DNA of 64,000 nt from Acidimicrobiales bacterium (GTDB taxonomy: Bacteria > Actinomycetota > Acidimicrobiia > Acidimicrobiales > Iamiaceae): positions 170,814 through 234,813 of the forward strand of contig JAUJNP010000005.1 of NCBI GenBank assembly GCA_030448105.1, read 5' to 3'. Below, in pieces: positions 33,178-42,341 of the stretch (positions are counted from its first letter, which is position 1; each line of letters starts with the position of its first letter). Made by a program: the position numbers and the translations under genes. The notes below the pieces were generated by a model, which searched no databases, was not told where the DNA came from, and saw only the letters and a program-made list of their open reading frames with translations.

Positions 33178-34014
33178 GTGTCCTGGCTCACCGTGCCGTT
33201 CGAATCCGACCTCGTCCGCCAGGGCTGGCTGGCCGGCGTCCTGGCGGTGGTGGGCTGCTCGGTGGTGGGCACCTGGGTGGTGATCCGCAGCCTCAGCTTC
33301 ATGGGCGACGCCCTGGCCCACGCCGTGCTGCCCGGCATCGCCGTCGCCACTCTGCTCGGCTTCAACCCGGTGGTCGGGGCCTTCGCCAGCGCGGCCGTCA
33401 CCGTGGCGGGGATCGAGGTGGCCGCCCACCGGGGACGGGTCACCCAGGACACCGGCATAGGGCTGCTGTTCGTGGGGATGCTCGCCCTCGGCGTGATGAT
33501 CATCTCCCGCTCGCAGGACTTCGCCACCGACCTGAGCACGTACCTGTTCGGCGACGTGCTGGGCGTGGGCACTGGAGACCTCTGGATGGAGGGCGTCGCC
33601 GCCGTCGTGGCGCTGTCGGCCTCGGTGGTGCTCTACCGCCCGTTCCTCGCCCTGTCGTTCAACGAGGAGAAGGCGGCGTCGATCGGCATGCGGCCGCGGC
33701 TGGCGTCGGCGGCCATGCTCCTGCTGTTGGCGGTGGCCATCGTGGCGTCCTTCCGGGCGGTGGGCAGCCTTTTGGTGTTCAGTCTGCTCGTGGCCCCTCC
33801 CGCCACCGCCTCCCTCGTCCTGCGGCGGGTACCGGCGATCATGGCCGGCGGCGCGCTGGTGGGGGTGGCGGCGGTGACGGCGGGGATGGTGCTGAGCTAC
33901 CACCTCGACACCGCCGGCAGCGCCACCATGGCGGGGCTGGCGGTGGCCGCCTTCTTCGTGGTGCTGGCCGGCCGCGAGTTGGCCGCCCGTACCGTCCTGG
34001 CCCGGGCGGTCTGA
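33178..34014 (+). CDS. metal (Zn/Mn-type) ABC transporter permease, no cognate ATPase or binding protein adjacent
   Basis: Only the tail of ORF 31936..34014 is real; start GTG 33178 (VSWLTVPFESDLVRQGWLAG). ...SFMGDALAHAVLPGIA... typical of the ABC-3 family. Confidence 0.85.
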   Translation: MSWLTVPFESDLVRQGWLAGVLAVVGCSVVGTWVVIRSLSFMGDALAHAVLPGIAVATLLGFNPVVGAFASAAVTVAGIEVAAHRGRVTQDTGIGLLFVGMLALGVMIISRSQDFATDLSTYLFGDVLGVGTGDLWMEGVAAVVALSASVVLYRPFLALSFNEEKAASIGMRPRLASAAMLLLLAVAIVASFRAVGSLLVFSLLVAPPATASLVLRRVPAIMAGGALVGVAAVTAGMVLSYHLDTAGSATMAGLAVAAFFVVLAGRELAARTVLARAV

Positions 34015-34841
34015 TGTCGCCGGCCTACCTCGGCTCCATCCCGAGCCCGAGCGGGAACATGCTTGAGCTGGTGCCACTGTCCGTGCACTACTACGGGCTG
34101 GCCATCCTGGCCGGCGTCGTGGCCGGGGTGGCCCTCGCCCGCCGACGCTGGGCGGGCCGTGGCGGCGACCCCGACGACATCTCCACCATCGCCCTGTGGG
34201 CCGTTCCTGCCGGCCTCGTCGGGGCCCGCCTCTACCACGTCGCCACCGACTGGCCCCGCTTCGTGGGCCATTGGGAAGACGTGCCCGCGGTGTGGCAGGG
34301 CGGCCTCGGCATCCCGGGCGGGATCCTCGGAGGGGTGCTGGCGGGCGCGGTCGTGGCACGACACCGCAACCTGCCCGTCCCGGACCTGCTCGACGTGGTG
34401 GCCCCCGCCCTCCCGCTGGCCCAGGCCATCGGGCGCCTCGGGAACTGGTTCAACCAGGAGCTGTTCGGCCGTCCCACGTCCCTGCCGTGGGCCCTGCGGA
34501 TCGACCCCGAGCACCGGCCTGCCGGCTACGAGGGCTCGTCCACGTTCCACCCGACCTTCCTGTACGAGGCCCTCTGGAACCTCGCCCTGGTGGCCCTGCT
34601 GCTCTGGCTCGACCGGCGCTGGCGCGGACGCCTGCGCACCGGTGAGCTCTTCACCCTCTACGTGCTCGGCTACTTCCTGGGCCGGCTCTGGGTCGAGGCG
34701 CTGCGCATCGACGAGGCCAGCCGGCTCCTGGGCCTCAGGGTCAACATCGTGGTCAGCGGGGTGGCCATCCTCGCCGCCACTGCCGTGCTGGTGGCCCGCC
34801 GCCGGGGCTGGCGCCGGCGCCAAGCGGCCGCAGCGACCTGA
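34014..34841 (+). CDS. lgt: prolipoprotein diacylglyceryl transferase
   Basis: 275 aa; YGLAILAG, GGLGIPGGILGG, AIGRLGNWFNQELFGRPT, FHPTFLYEALWN. Confidence 0.95.
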   Translation: MSPAYLGSIPSPSGNMLELVPLSVHYYGLAILAGVVAGVALARRRWAGRGGDPDDISTIALWAVPAGLVGARLYHVATDWPRFVGHWEDVPAVWQGGLGIPGGILGGVLAGAVVARHRNLPVPDLLDVVAPALPLAQAIGRLGNWFNQELFGRPTSLPWALRIDPEHRPAGYEGSSTFHPTFLYEALWNLALVALLLWLDRRWRGRLRTGELFTLYVLGYFLGRLWVEALRIDEASRLLGLRVNIVVSGVAILAATAVLVARRRGWRRRQAAAAT

Positions 34842-34875
34842 CCCACGTTCTGGCTGGCCAGAAGCCGAGCAGGCG

Positions 34876-36093
34876 CTACCGGCCCACCTTCACCGCCGCC
34901 GTCGGCACCTCGATGTGGCGTCCCTGGCGGGCCAGCTGGCCGGCGCCTTCGCGGGCATCGACGCCGACCCGCGCCGGGAACCCGGAGTCGTGGGCCACCA
35001 GGGCGCCCTCGAAGCTGACCTTGGCGCCCGGTCGGATCGCGGGCCGCGACTCCTCGGCGTCGGTCAACTGCACCCACACCCGGCCGCCGCCGTCGGCGGC
35101 CACCCAGAAGCCCTCGTCGGCGGGCACGTCCAACACCGGCACCGCCCGCGCCCGCACCGACCGGCCCGTCTGGCCGCCGAGGCCGGCGGGGTCGTCGGGG
35201 AGGGCTGCACCGTTGATCGAGAGCCGGGGCGGGGGTGGGGCCGCCGTACTCGGCGTGGGGGTCGGGGCGGGCGAGCTGGGTGGGGGTGCCGCCGTCGGCC
35301 GGCCGTCGTCCCGGCCGACGGCGTACACGGTGACGGCCACGGCCACCACCGCCGCCGTCGCCGCCGAGGCCGACACCACCTGGTGGCCCGTGCGACCGAT
35401 CCTCTTCCACCACGCCGCCAGGAGCGGGGCCAGGGCGGCCACCGGGCGACGGCGGGCGGTGACGGCCTCGGCCACCTCGGGGCAGACCGGGCAGGTGACC
35501 AGGTGCGAGGCCACGCCCAGGCGCTCCTGGCTGCGCCGGTCCCCCGATGAGAGCGCGACCAACACGCTGCGGCAGTCCGGGCTGGGCAGGCGGCAGCGGC
35601 GCAGGGCGAGCACGTACTCCACCCGCAGCTCGGCCCGGGCCCGGGCCAGGCGGAGCCGCACCGCCAGCCCACTGACGCCGAGCCCCGATGCCAGGTCCCC
35701 TGTCGGTGTGCCCGCCACGTGGTGGGCGTCGAGCAGCCGGCGGGCCTCGGGGCTCACCCGGGTGAGGGCCAGGCGCAGCGCGTCGGCCTCCTCGGCGGCC
35801 AGCGCCCCCTCGTCGGGCGGGGCCGGGGTGCGGACGTCGGCCAGGCGGTGGCCGAGGCGCCGTCGACGGGCCTCGCCCCGGTACGACGAGGCCACGACGT
35901 TGCGGGCGGTGACCACGGCGTAGGCCGGCAACGTCTCGGGTGCCAGCCGACCGCGGGTGGCGGCGATGCGGGCCATCGCCTCCTGGGCCAGGTCGTCAAC
36001 CTCCCCAGGCGCCACCCGGGCGGCCACCACCCGGCGCACGATCGGTGCCAGGTCCACCAGTTCGGCGTCGGAGATGGCCGTCGACACCAACAC
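34876..36093 (-). CDS. ECF sigma factor fused to ZAS-type anti-sigma motif, TM helix and extracytoplasmic domain
   Basis: 405 aa. Sigma-2 (DDLAQEAMARI...VVTARNVV) and sigma-4 (SPEARRLLDAHHVAGTPTGDLASGLGVSGLAVRLRLARAR). Then HLVTCPVC (Hx3Cx2C), TM AATAAVVAVAVTVYAV, a Pro-rich linker and a ~110-aa C-terminal domain. Confidence 0.8.
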   Translation of the reverse strand: MLVSTAISDAELVDLAPIVRRVVAARVAPGEVDDLAQEAMARIAATRGRLAPETLPAYAVVTARNVVASSYRGEARRRRLGHRLADVRTPAPPDEGALAAEEADALRLALTRVSPEARRLLDAHHVAGTPTGDLASGLGVSGLAVRLRLARARAELRVEYVLALRRCRLPSPDCRSVLVALSSGDRRSQERLGVASHLVTCPVCPEVAEAVTARRRPVAALAPLLAAWWKRIGRTGHQVVSASAATAAVVAVAVTVYAVGRDDGRPTAAPPPSSPAPTPTPSTAAPPPPRLSINGAALPDDPAGLGGQTGRSVRARAVPVLDVPADEGFWVAADGGGRVWVQLTDAEESRPAIRPGAKVSFEGALVAHDSGFPARVGVDAREGAGQLARQGRHIEVPTAAVKVGR

Positions 36094-36347
36094 GTCGTAC
36101 CCGTTGGGGAGCGGGCGAACAAGCTGCGAAACAACCGGGCGGCCCGGGCGTCATCTCCCGTGCAGGCCAGCCACTCGCTTCCGGGGTCCGCCGAGGCGCA
36201 CCGGCCGGCCCGTAACCCTATCGCGCATCGACGACTGTATTTGGGTCAAATCGGACGCGCTGAGGGTCGGTCGTACAAGAAAACCCAGGTCCCGCATATT
36301 GCCTGAAGTGAAGGGTAGAGGCGGGCGACAATCCCCTAGCGGAGGTA

Positions 36348-37154
36348 GTGATGCGCATGTTCGCCGACGTCGACTTCGGTGGTGGCGTAGAGGACGCGTG
36401 GTCGAGCATCGCGTCCTTCGTCCCGAAGTTGCTGGGGTTCCTGGTGATCCTCATCATCGGGTACTTCATCGTCAAGATCATCGCCAAGATCCTCGACAAG
36501 GTTCTGGAGCGGGTCGGCTTCGATCGGGCGGTCGAACGGGGCGGCATCAAGCGGGTCCTCGACAAGTCGAAGTACGACGCCAGCGATCTCATCTCCAAGG
36601 TCGTGTTCTACGGCCTGTTCCTGCTGGTACTGCAGGCCGCCTTCGGCGTGTTCGGCACGAACCCGGTGTCTGACCTCATCGCCAGCGTCATCGCCTTCCT
36701 GCCCAAGGTGATCGTGGCCATGGTGATCATCGTCGTGGCCGCCGCCATCGCCGCTGCGGTCAAGGAGCTGGTGCAGACCGCCCTCGCCGAGCTCAGCTAC
36801 GGCAGGGCCCTCGCCAGCGGGGTCGCCATCGCCATCATCGTGGTCGGCATCTTCGCCGCCCTCAACCAGGTGGAGATCGCCCCCGAGATCGTGAACGGCC
36901 TCTTCTACGCCGTGCTCGCCATCGTGGTGGGCTCCGCCGTCATCGGCATCGGTGGGGCGTCGATCCAGCCGCTGCGCCAGTACATCGAGCGGGGCCTCCA
37001 GCGGGTCGACCAGGAGTCCTCGAACATCCGCAACGCCGGCAGGGGAGCCGGCCCGCGGGTGCAGCGCGGGGCCGAGCAGTTCCAGGCCCAACCGCTGACC
37101 CAGCCCCAGACCACCGTCCCGCCCACCAACCCCGGCGCCAGCAGCTCACGCTGA
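36348..37154 (+). CDS. membrane protein with repeated 'conserved TM helix' units
   Basis: 268 aa; four TM segments each followed by amphipathic stretches; Q/P-rich tail. SD GGAGG at 36341-36345; ATG 36351 is an alternative start. Confidence 0.7.
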   Translation: MMRMFADVDFGGGVEDAWSSIASFVPKLLGFLVILIIGYFIVKIIAKILDKVLERVGFDRAVERGGIKRVLDKSKYDASDLISKVVFYGLFLLVLQAAFGVFGTNPVSDLIASVIAFLPKVIVAMVIIVVAAAIAAAVKELVQTALAELSYGRALASGVAIAIIVVGIFAALNQVEIAPEIVNGLFYAVLAIVVGSAVIGIGGASIQPLRQYIERGLQRVDQESSNIRNAGRGAGPRVQRGAEQFQAQPLTQPQTTVPPTNPGASSSR

Positions 37155-37184
37155 CCCCGTCCATCCAAACCCCAAGGAGCACTC

Positions 37185-37943
37185 ATGTCCATGCCCTCTC
37201 CCGACACCCTCGTCGGTCGCACCCTCGTCGGGTCCGACGGATCCAAGATCGGATCCATCGCCGACGTCTACCTCGATGACGCCACCGGAGAGCCCGAGTG
37301 GCTGGCCGTCACCACCGGCATGTTCGGCAGCAAGGTGAGCTTCGTGCCCCTCGTCGGCGCCACCGACAGCGGCGACGACGTCAGCTGCCAGTGGACCAAG
37401 GACAAGGTGAAGGATGCGCCCTCGGCCGAGGCCGACGGCACCCTGAGCCAGGAGGAGGAAGCCGCCCTCTACTCCCACTACGGGCTCGAGTACAGCGAAG
37501 CGCCCTCCGACAGCGGACTCCCCACCGGCACCAAGGGCGGCCGCGGCAAGGGCGGCACCACCGACGACGCCATGACCCGCTCCGAGGAGGAGGTCGTGGT
37601 CGACAAGCAGCGCCAGGCCACCGGGAAGGCCCGCCTGCGCAAGTACGTCACCACCGAGAACGTCAACATGACCGTGCCGGTGCAGCGTGAAGAGGTGCGC
37701 ATCGAGCGCGAGCCCATCACCGACGCCAACATGGGCGACGCCATGGACGGACCCGCCATCTCCGAGGACGAGCACGAGGTCACCCTCAGCGAAGAGCAGG
37801 TCGTGGTGGACAAGCAGGCCGTCCCCAAGGAGCGGGTGCGCCTCGACAAGGAGGTCGTCACCGAGCAGGAGCAGGTCTCCGAGCAGGTCCGCAAGGAGCA
37901 GATCGAGGTGGAGGGCGACGCCACCCCGAAGGACCGCCGGTGA
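37185..37943 (+). CDS. PRC-barrel plus DUF2382 (YsnF-like) general-stress-type protein
   Basis: 252 aa; N-terminal LVGSDGSKIGSIADVYLDDATGEPEWLAV (PRC barrel). C-terminal duplicated EEVVVDKQ / EQVVVDKQ...ERVRLDKEVV units. Confidence 0.85.
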   Translation: MSMPSPDTLVGRTLVGSDGSKIGSIADVYLDDATGEPEWLAVTTGMFGSKVSFVPLVGATDSGDDVSCQWTKDKVKDAPSAEADGTLSQEEEAALYSHYGLEYSEAPSDSGLPTGTKGGRGKGGTTDDAMTRSEEEVVVDKQRQATGKARLRKYVTTENVNMTVPVQREEVRIEREPITDANMGDAMDGPAISEDEHEVTLSEEQVVVDKQAVPKERVRLDKEVVTEQEQVSEQVRKEQIEVEGDATPKDRR

Positions 37944-37982
37944 CCTACGACCAGTAGAGGACCGATGACCGCCTCGGGGGTC

Positions 37983-38678
37983 TCACCGCTCGACGGTGAG
38001 GCCCCCGAGGTAGGTCGCGTAGGTGCGCAGGCGTATGTCGCCCGGCTTCACCAGAGCCAGCAGGCTCCGGTACATCGCCCAGGTGGCGGCGGCGCCGGCC
38101 CGGCGTCCCAACTTGTCCCGCTTGGTGCGGTGGGACACTCCGGGCATGAGGCGGGCCACGGTGGGCAGCCGACCCTCGGCGATCACCTCGTTGATGCGCA
38201 CCTCGATGGTGTAGCCGGCGAGCTTCTGCGGTGGGATGGCCTCGAACACCCAGCGGGGCACCAGGCGCTCGCCGGTGAGCGGTGGCCACCACGGCAGCAG
38301 CCTGTTCCAGAAGGGCCCGTAGTCGAAGAACCCGATCGACATCGCCGCCCTCCCCTCCAGCCACGGCCGGCAGAGCCCGTCGAGGTGGGCGGCGGTGAGC
38401 CCCGTGCAGTCGGCGTCGACGAACAGGAACGCCTCCGCGTCCGACGCCGCCACGCCGGCGGCCAGGGCGTGGGCCTTCGATCCCTTCGATCCGGCCAAGG
38501 TGATGACCTTGGCTCCGGCCTCCCGGGCGGCGTCGCCGGTGCCGTCACGCGACCCGTCGTCGACCACGACGACCTCGCGCACGCGGCGGCATCCCCGGGC
38601 GGCGGCCACGTTGGCGGCCACCGTAGCCGCTTCGTCGCGCGCCGGCATCACGACGTCGATCGGACCCCGCCCGGCCAT
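37983..38678 (-). CDS. family 2 glycosyltransferase
   Basis: 231 aa; VVMPARDEA...VVVVDDGSRDGT...FVDADC. Confidence 0.85.
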   Translation of the reverse strand: MAGRGPIDVVMPARDEAATVAANVAAARGCRRVREVVVVDDGSRDGTGDAAREAGAKVITLAGSKGSKAHALAAGVAASDAEAFLFVDADCTGLTAAHLDGLCRPWLEGRAAMSIGFFDYGPFWNRLLPWWPPLTGERLVPRWVFEAIPPQKLAGYTIEVRINEVIAEGRLPTVARLMPGVSHRTKRDKLGRRAGAAATWAMYRSLLALVKPGDIRLRTYATYLGGLTVER

Positions 38679-38691
38679 GACCGGCCCGGGG

Positions 38692-39630
38692 TCAGCGCTC
38701 GGAGCGCTTGAGCCCGGCTCGCTCGCCGCGGGACACGAACTTGGTGGCCATCTTCCGGGACGCCTCGTCGATCATCTCGTCGCCGAACATCACCGCCCCC
38801 TTGAGGTCCTCCTCGGTGGCCGCCTTGTAGGCGTCGAGGATGTCCCAGGCCCGGTCGAACTGCTCCTGGGTCGGCGAGAACACCTCGTTGAGGATCGCCA
38901 CCTGGTCGGGGTGCAGCGCCCACTTGCCGTCGTAGCCGAGGGTGCGCGTGCGCTGGCAGTAGTCGCGGAAGGCGTCCTGGTCGCGGATCTTGAGGAACGG
39001 GCCGTCGATCACCTGGAGGCCGTTGGCGCGACCGGCCATGAGGATCTTGGAGAACACGTAGTGAAAGTGGTCGCCGGGGTACTCGGCGATCTGGACCCCC
39101 CCGGTGAGCACCGGCATCTCCATGGAGGCGGCGAAGTCGGCGGGCCCGAAGATGATGGTCTCCAGTCGGGGCGAGGCGGCGCAGATCTCCTCCACGTTGA
39201 TCAGGCCTCGTGTGGTCTCGATCTGGGCCTCGATGCCGATGTGGCCCGAGCGCAGCCCGGCTTCCTTCTCCACCTGGGTGAGCAGCAGGTCGAGGGCGAC
39301 GACCTCGGCCGCCGACTGCACCTTGGGGAGCATGATCTCGTCGAGCCTCTCACCCGAGCCGCCGACCACCTCGATGACGTCCCGGAACGTCCACTCGGTG
39401 TCCCAGGCGTTGACCCGCACGCAGAGCACCCGGTCGCCCCAGTCGTTGGCCTGGATGGCCTCGGCGATCTTGCCCCGCGCCCCGGGCTTCTCCAACGGGG
39501 CACAGGCGTCCTCGAGGTCGAGGAAGGTCATGTCGGCCGGCAACGTGGCCGCCTTGGCCATCATCTTCTCGCTGGAGCCAGGGACCGACAGGCAGGACCG
39601 CCGCGGCAGGTCGCGGGTACGTGGAGACAT
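38692..39630 (-). CDS. HpcH/HpaI aldolase / CitE-like CoA-ester lyase (malyl-CoA lyase-like)
   Basis: 312 aa; SCLSVPGSS...MTFLDLEDA...IEAQIETTRGL...IIFGPADFAASM...GYDGKWALHPDQV. Confidence 0.85.
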   Translation of the reverse strand: MSPRTRDLPRRSCLSVPGSSEKMMAKAATLPADMTFLDLEDACAPLEKPGARGKIAEAIQANDWGDRVLCVRVNAWDTEWTFRDVIEVVGGSGERLDEIMLPKVQSAAEVVALDLLLTQVEKEAGLRSGHIGIEAQIETTRGLINVEEICAASPRLETIIFGPADFAASMEMPVLTGGVQIAEYPGDHFHYVFSKILMAGRANGLQVIDGPFLKIRDQDAFRDYCQRTRTLGYDGKWALHPDQVAILNEVFSPTQEQFDRAWDILDAYKAATEEDLKGAVMFGDEMIDEASRKMATKFVSRGERAGLKRSER

Positions 39631-39709
39631 GGCCCGAATGTACCGGCCCCGGCTGCGCAGTCCGCCAGGCGGAGCAGCCCCCAGCGTGACACCCGGATCG
39701 GCGAAGCCG

Positions 39710-39728
39710 GCTCCGCCGGAGGCGGAGC
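39710..39728 (-). terminator. GC hairpin 5 nt after the stop of the 39733..40158 gene (no U-tract)
   Basis: GCTCCGCC-gga-GGCGGAGC, perfect 8-bp stem with a 3-nt loop. Confidence 0.4.
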
Positions 39729-39732
39729 GACG

Positions 39733-40158
39733 TCACGCGGTGGCCGGGCGGGTCCTGCGCCCGGAGCGGGCGTAGTCCACCGCCAGCAGGACCACCAGGG
39801 CCAGGGCGGCGAGGATCTCGACGGCGATGGTCCGCTTGGCGTCACCGTCCCAGCCGTCCTCGGTCCAGCCGAGCAGGCTGGCCTGGCGGCTCAGCGCCAG
39901 GGCGACGATCGAGGCCAGCTCGAAGAGCAGCGCCAGCAGCCACACGATGGGCCGCCGCACGAACAGGACCGCCAGCGCCAGCACGAGCGAGACGACCGCG
40001 CTCACGAGGAACCCGGGGTTCACCACCACGGCCCCTTCCACGTCGCTAGGCACGTCGCGATACTCGTTGAGCCAGAGCTGCAGGTGGATGGCGCCACCGG
40101 CCAGCACCAGGACGGCAGCAATGACGCGTAGCGCGGTGGGGAGGAAGCGGTTGCCCAT
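39733..40158 (-). CDS. hypothetical 4-TM membrane protein
   Basis: 141 aa; four hydrophobic segments; good GC3 bias; no family recognised. Confidence 0.6.
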   Translation of the reverse strand: MGNRFLPTALRVIAAVLVLAGGAIHLQLWLNEYRDVPSDVEGAVVVNPGFLVSAVVSLVLALAVLFVRRPIVWLLALLFELASIVALALSRQASLLGWTEDGWDGDAKRTIAVEILAALALVVLLAVDYARSGRRTRPATA

Positions 40159-40207
40159 GCCCCACCGTACGGCGCGGCGGCGGCGACGGGATGCCAGGCT
40201 CGGCGGG

Positions 40208-41146
40208 TCAGCGTCCGGCGAGGGCGGCGATGACCGGCTCGATCCGGCCGAGCGCGTCGGGACGAACCGTGTAGTGGGTGAACCCCCACCGCTCCCGCTG
40301 GGCGAGGAGGCGCTCGACGAGGGCCTCGGCGGTGCCCACCATCAGGTACGGGGACCCCAGCACGTCGTCGACCGCGAGGGCAGGGAGGTGGGCCCGGACG
40401 ATCTCCTCGGCCGCGCCACGGGGGTCGCGGGTGACGACCACCGTTTGCACCAGCACCTGCGACTCCAGGGCGGTCAGGCGCTCGCCGGCCGCGGCGCGGA
40501 CGGCGGCGACGTCGCCGTCGACCCGGTCGGCCCGGAAGCCGGTGGGCTCATGGCGCTGGCCGTCGGCGAGCGTGCGCCCCAACCCGGTGAACCCCACCGC
40601 GTCGGCATGCCGGGCGGCGATTCCCAGCACCCGGCGGCCGCCACCGCCGACGAGCAGCGGCACGTGGGGTTGGACGGGGAGCGGGTCGCACCGCTCCTCG
40701 TCGAGCCGGTAGTGCCGCCCGGCGTGGGTGACGGTCTCGCCGTCGAGGAGGCGCCGCAGGATCACCACCGCCTCCTCGAGCCGGCTGACCCGGACACCGG
40801 GCGGGTCGAAGGTGAGCCCCGCCCGCTCGTACTCCGGCTGGGCGTGTCCCGCCCCCAGCCCCAGCTCGAGGCGCCCGTCGCTCAGGAGGTCGAGGGTGGC
40901 GGCGTCGCGGGCGAGGAGCGACGGCGGGTGGAAGTCGTTGTTAAGCACCATCACCCCCAATCGGAGCCGGGGGCTGATCTCGGCGGCGGTGGCGAGCGGC
41001 AGTAGCGGGGCGAGGCACCCGCCGAGGTGGTCGGCGGTGACGAGCATGTCGAAGCCGGCGTCGTCGGCCCGCTTCACCAGCTCCACCCATTCTCCGCGGG
41101 AGCCGGCCTCCACGGCTTGGAGGCTGAACCGGAACGCCCGGGCCAC
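40208..41146 (-). CDS. luciferase-like (LLM class) F420-dependent oxidoreductase
   Basis: ORF 40208..41221; likely start GTG 41146 (VARAFRFSLQ), 4 nt after the upstream stop. ...VLNNDFHPP...LELGLGAGH.... Confidence 0.85.
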   Translation of the reverse strand: MARAFRFSLQAVEAGSRGEWVELVKRADDAGFDMLVTADHLGGCLAPLLPLATAAEISPRLRLGVMVLNNDFHPPSLLARDAATLDLLSDGRLELGLGAGHAQPEYERAGLTFDPPGVRVSRLEEAVVILRRLLDGETVTHAGRHYRLDEERCDPLPVQPHVPLLVGGGGRRVLGIAARHADAVGFTGLGRTLADGQRHEPTGFRADRVDGDVAAVRAAAGERLTALESQVLVQTVVVTRDPRGAAEEIVRAHLPALAVDDVLGSPYLMVGTAEALVERLLAQRERWGFTHYTVRPDALGRIEPVIAALAGR

Positions 41147-41150
41147 GGCG

Positions 41151-42341
41151 TCAGGCGGCGACGAGGTCGGCCGGGGTGAGCTGCTCGGTGAGGAGGCGCT
41201 CGAAGCGGGCCGGGTCGCCACCCACGAACCGCCGGCACAGCGAAAGGCCCTCGACGTAGCAGAAGATGTAGGCCCGCCACGTGGGGTCGGTGAGGAACTG
41301 CACCGCCTTCTCGGCCCGCCGGCGGGGAAGCAGCGCCCAACGCTCGAACGCGGCCACCGCGTCCTCGGGGCCGGCGCCGTCGCGGTGCAGCAGTAGGGCG
41401 ACGTTGCCCCGCACCGCGGCCAGGGCCTCGCCGGCTGAGGCCACCGCCGCCACCACCTCGGCGTCGTAGGGCACGCCGAGGGGACTCAGGTGCTCGGCCA
41501 CCACCGGTTCGGGGCGCTCACCCAGCAGGGCTTCGAGGGCGAGGTCGGCCAGGCCCTCGGCCAGCAGGCACTGGGGGGTGCCCACCAGGAAGATCGACTC
41601 CTCGAGGTGGTCCCGGCGGCGCACCAGGCCGACCTCCTTGCGAACGTGCTCGGTGTGGTGGCCTGGGTAGGCCTCGTGGGCGACGAGGTGGCCCAGCGAC
41701 GTCGACAGCACAGGCAGGTCGACGTTGATGGCCACCCTGCTGCGCAGGCCGCCGACGTAGTAGTTGAAGCCGGACCACGGCTTGTCCGTCTCGAGGAGCC
41801 ACTCCACCTCCTCGCCTTCGGGCAGGCCGCCGAACGAGCGTGACGTGCGCTCGCGGAAGTCCTCGGCGAGAGACCGGATGGCCGCCTCCAGCCGGTCGGG
41901 TGGCACCGTCTGGGACTCCCGCCAGGCGATGTAGCGCTCCCGGAGGGGGCCGGTGCCGGGAAGGACCGCGTCGAGCCGCTGGTGGGCTGCGGCCAGCTCC
42001 TCCTCGGGCACCTCGCGGGGGCGGACGCCGTAGCAGGCCTCCACCTCGTCCACGTACGGGATCGCCTCGCCGGCGAGGGTGCGGGCCACGGTGTGAAGGC
42101 CCAACGCCTGGGCCCGGATCCATGCCGCCCGCCGGGGCTCGAGGTCAGCGGCCCCGCCGTCGAGGTCGCCCACCAGCCGGCGAGCGTCGTCGGCCAGCGC
42201 CGGCAACGGGCGGAGCGGTGCCGCCTCCACCCGTTCCCGCAGGTCGGCCGGGCCGTAGTAGGCGTCGACCAGGCCGTCGAGGTGGCGACCGAGCCCGAGT
42301 CCCAGTTCCAGGTAGCGCGGGACCAGGTCGGCCTCGGCCAT
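41151..42341 (-). CDS. DUF885-like protein with HEAYPGHH motif
   Basis: ORF 41151..42383; start ATG 42341 overlaps the upstream stop (TGATG). LVAHEAYPGHHTEH resembles the DUF885 HExxPGHH signature. Confidence 0.65.
   Translation of the reverse strand: MAEADLVPRYLELGLGLGRHLDGLVDAYYGPADLRERVEAAPLRPLPALADDARRLVGDLDGGAADLEPRRAAWIRAQALGLHTVARTLAGEAIPYVDEVEACYGVRPREVPEEELAAAHQRLDAVLPGTGPLRERYIAWRESQTVPPDRLEAAIRSLAEDFRERTSRSFGGLPEGEEVEWLLETDKPWSGFNYYVGGLRSRVAINVDLPVLSTSLGHLVAHEAYPGHHTEHVRKEVGLVRRRDHLEESIFLVGTPQCLLAEGLADLALEALLGERPEPVVAEHLSPLGVPYDAEVVAAVASAGEALAAVRGNVALLLHRDGAGPEDAVAAFERWALLPRRRAEKAVQFLTDPTWRAYIFCYVEGLSLCRRFVGGDPARFERLLTEQLTPADLVAA

Noticed and set aside
36290-36320. SigB/SigF-type promoter (GGGTAG at 36313-36318) upstream of the stress-type genes
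   Set aside because: A GGGTA-like -10 is present, but there is no GTTT-like -35 at the required 14-17 nt spacing. The pattern match is too weak.
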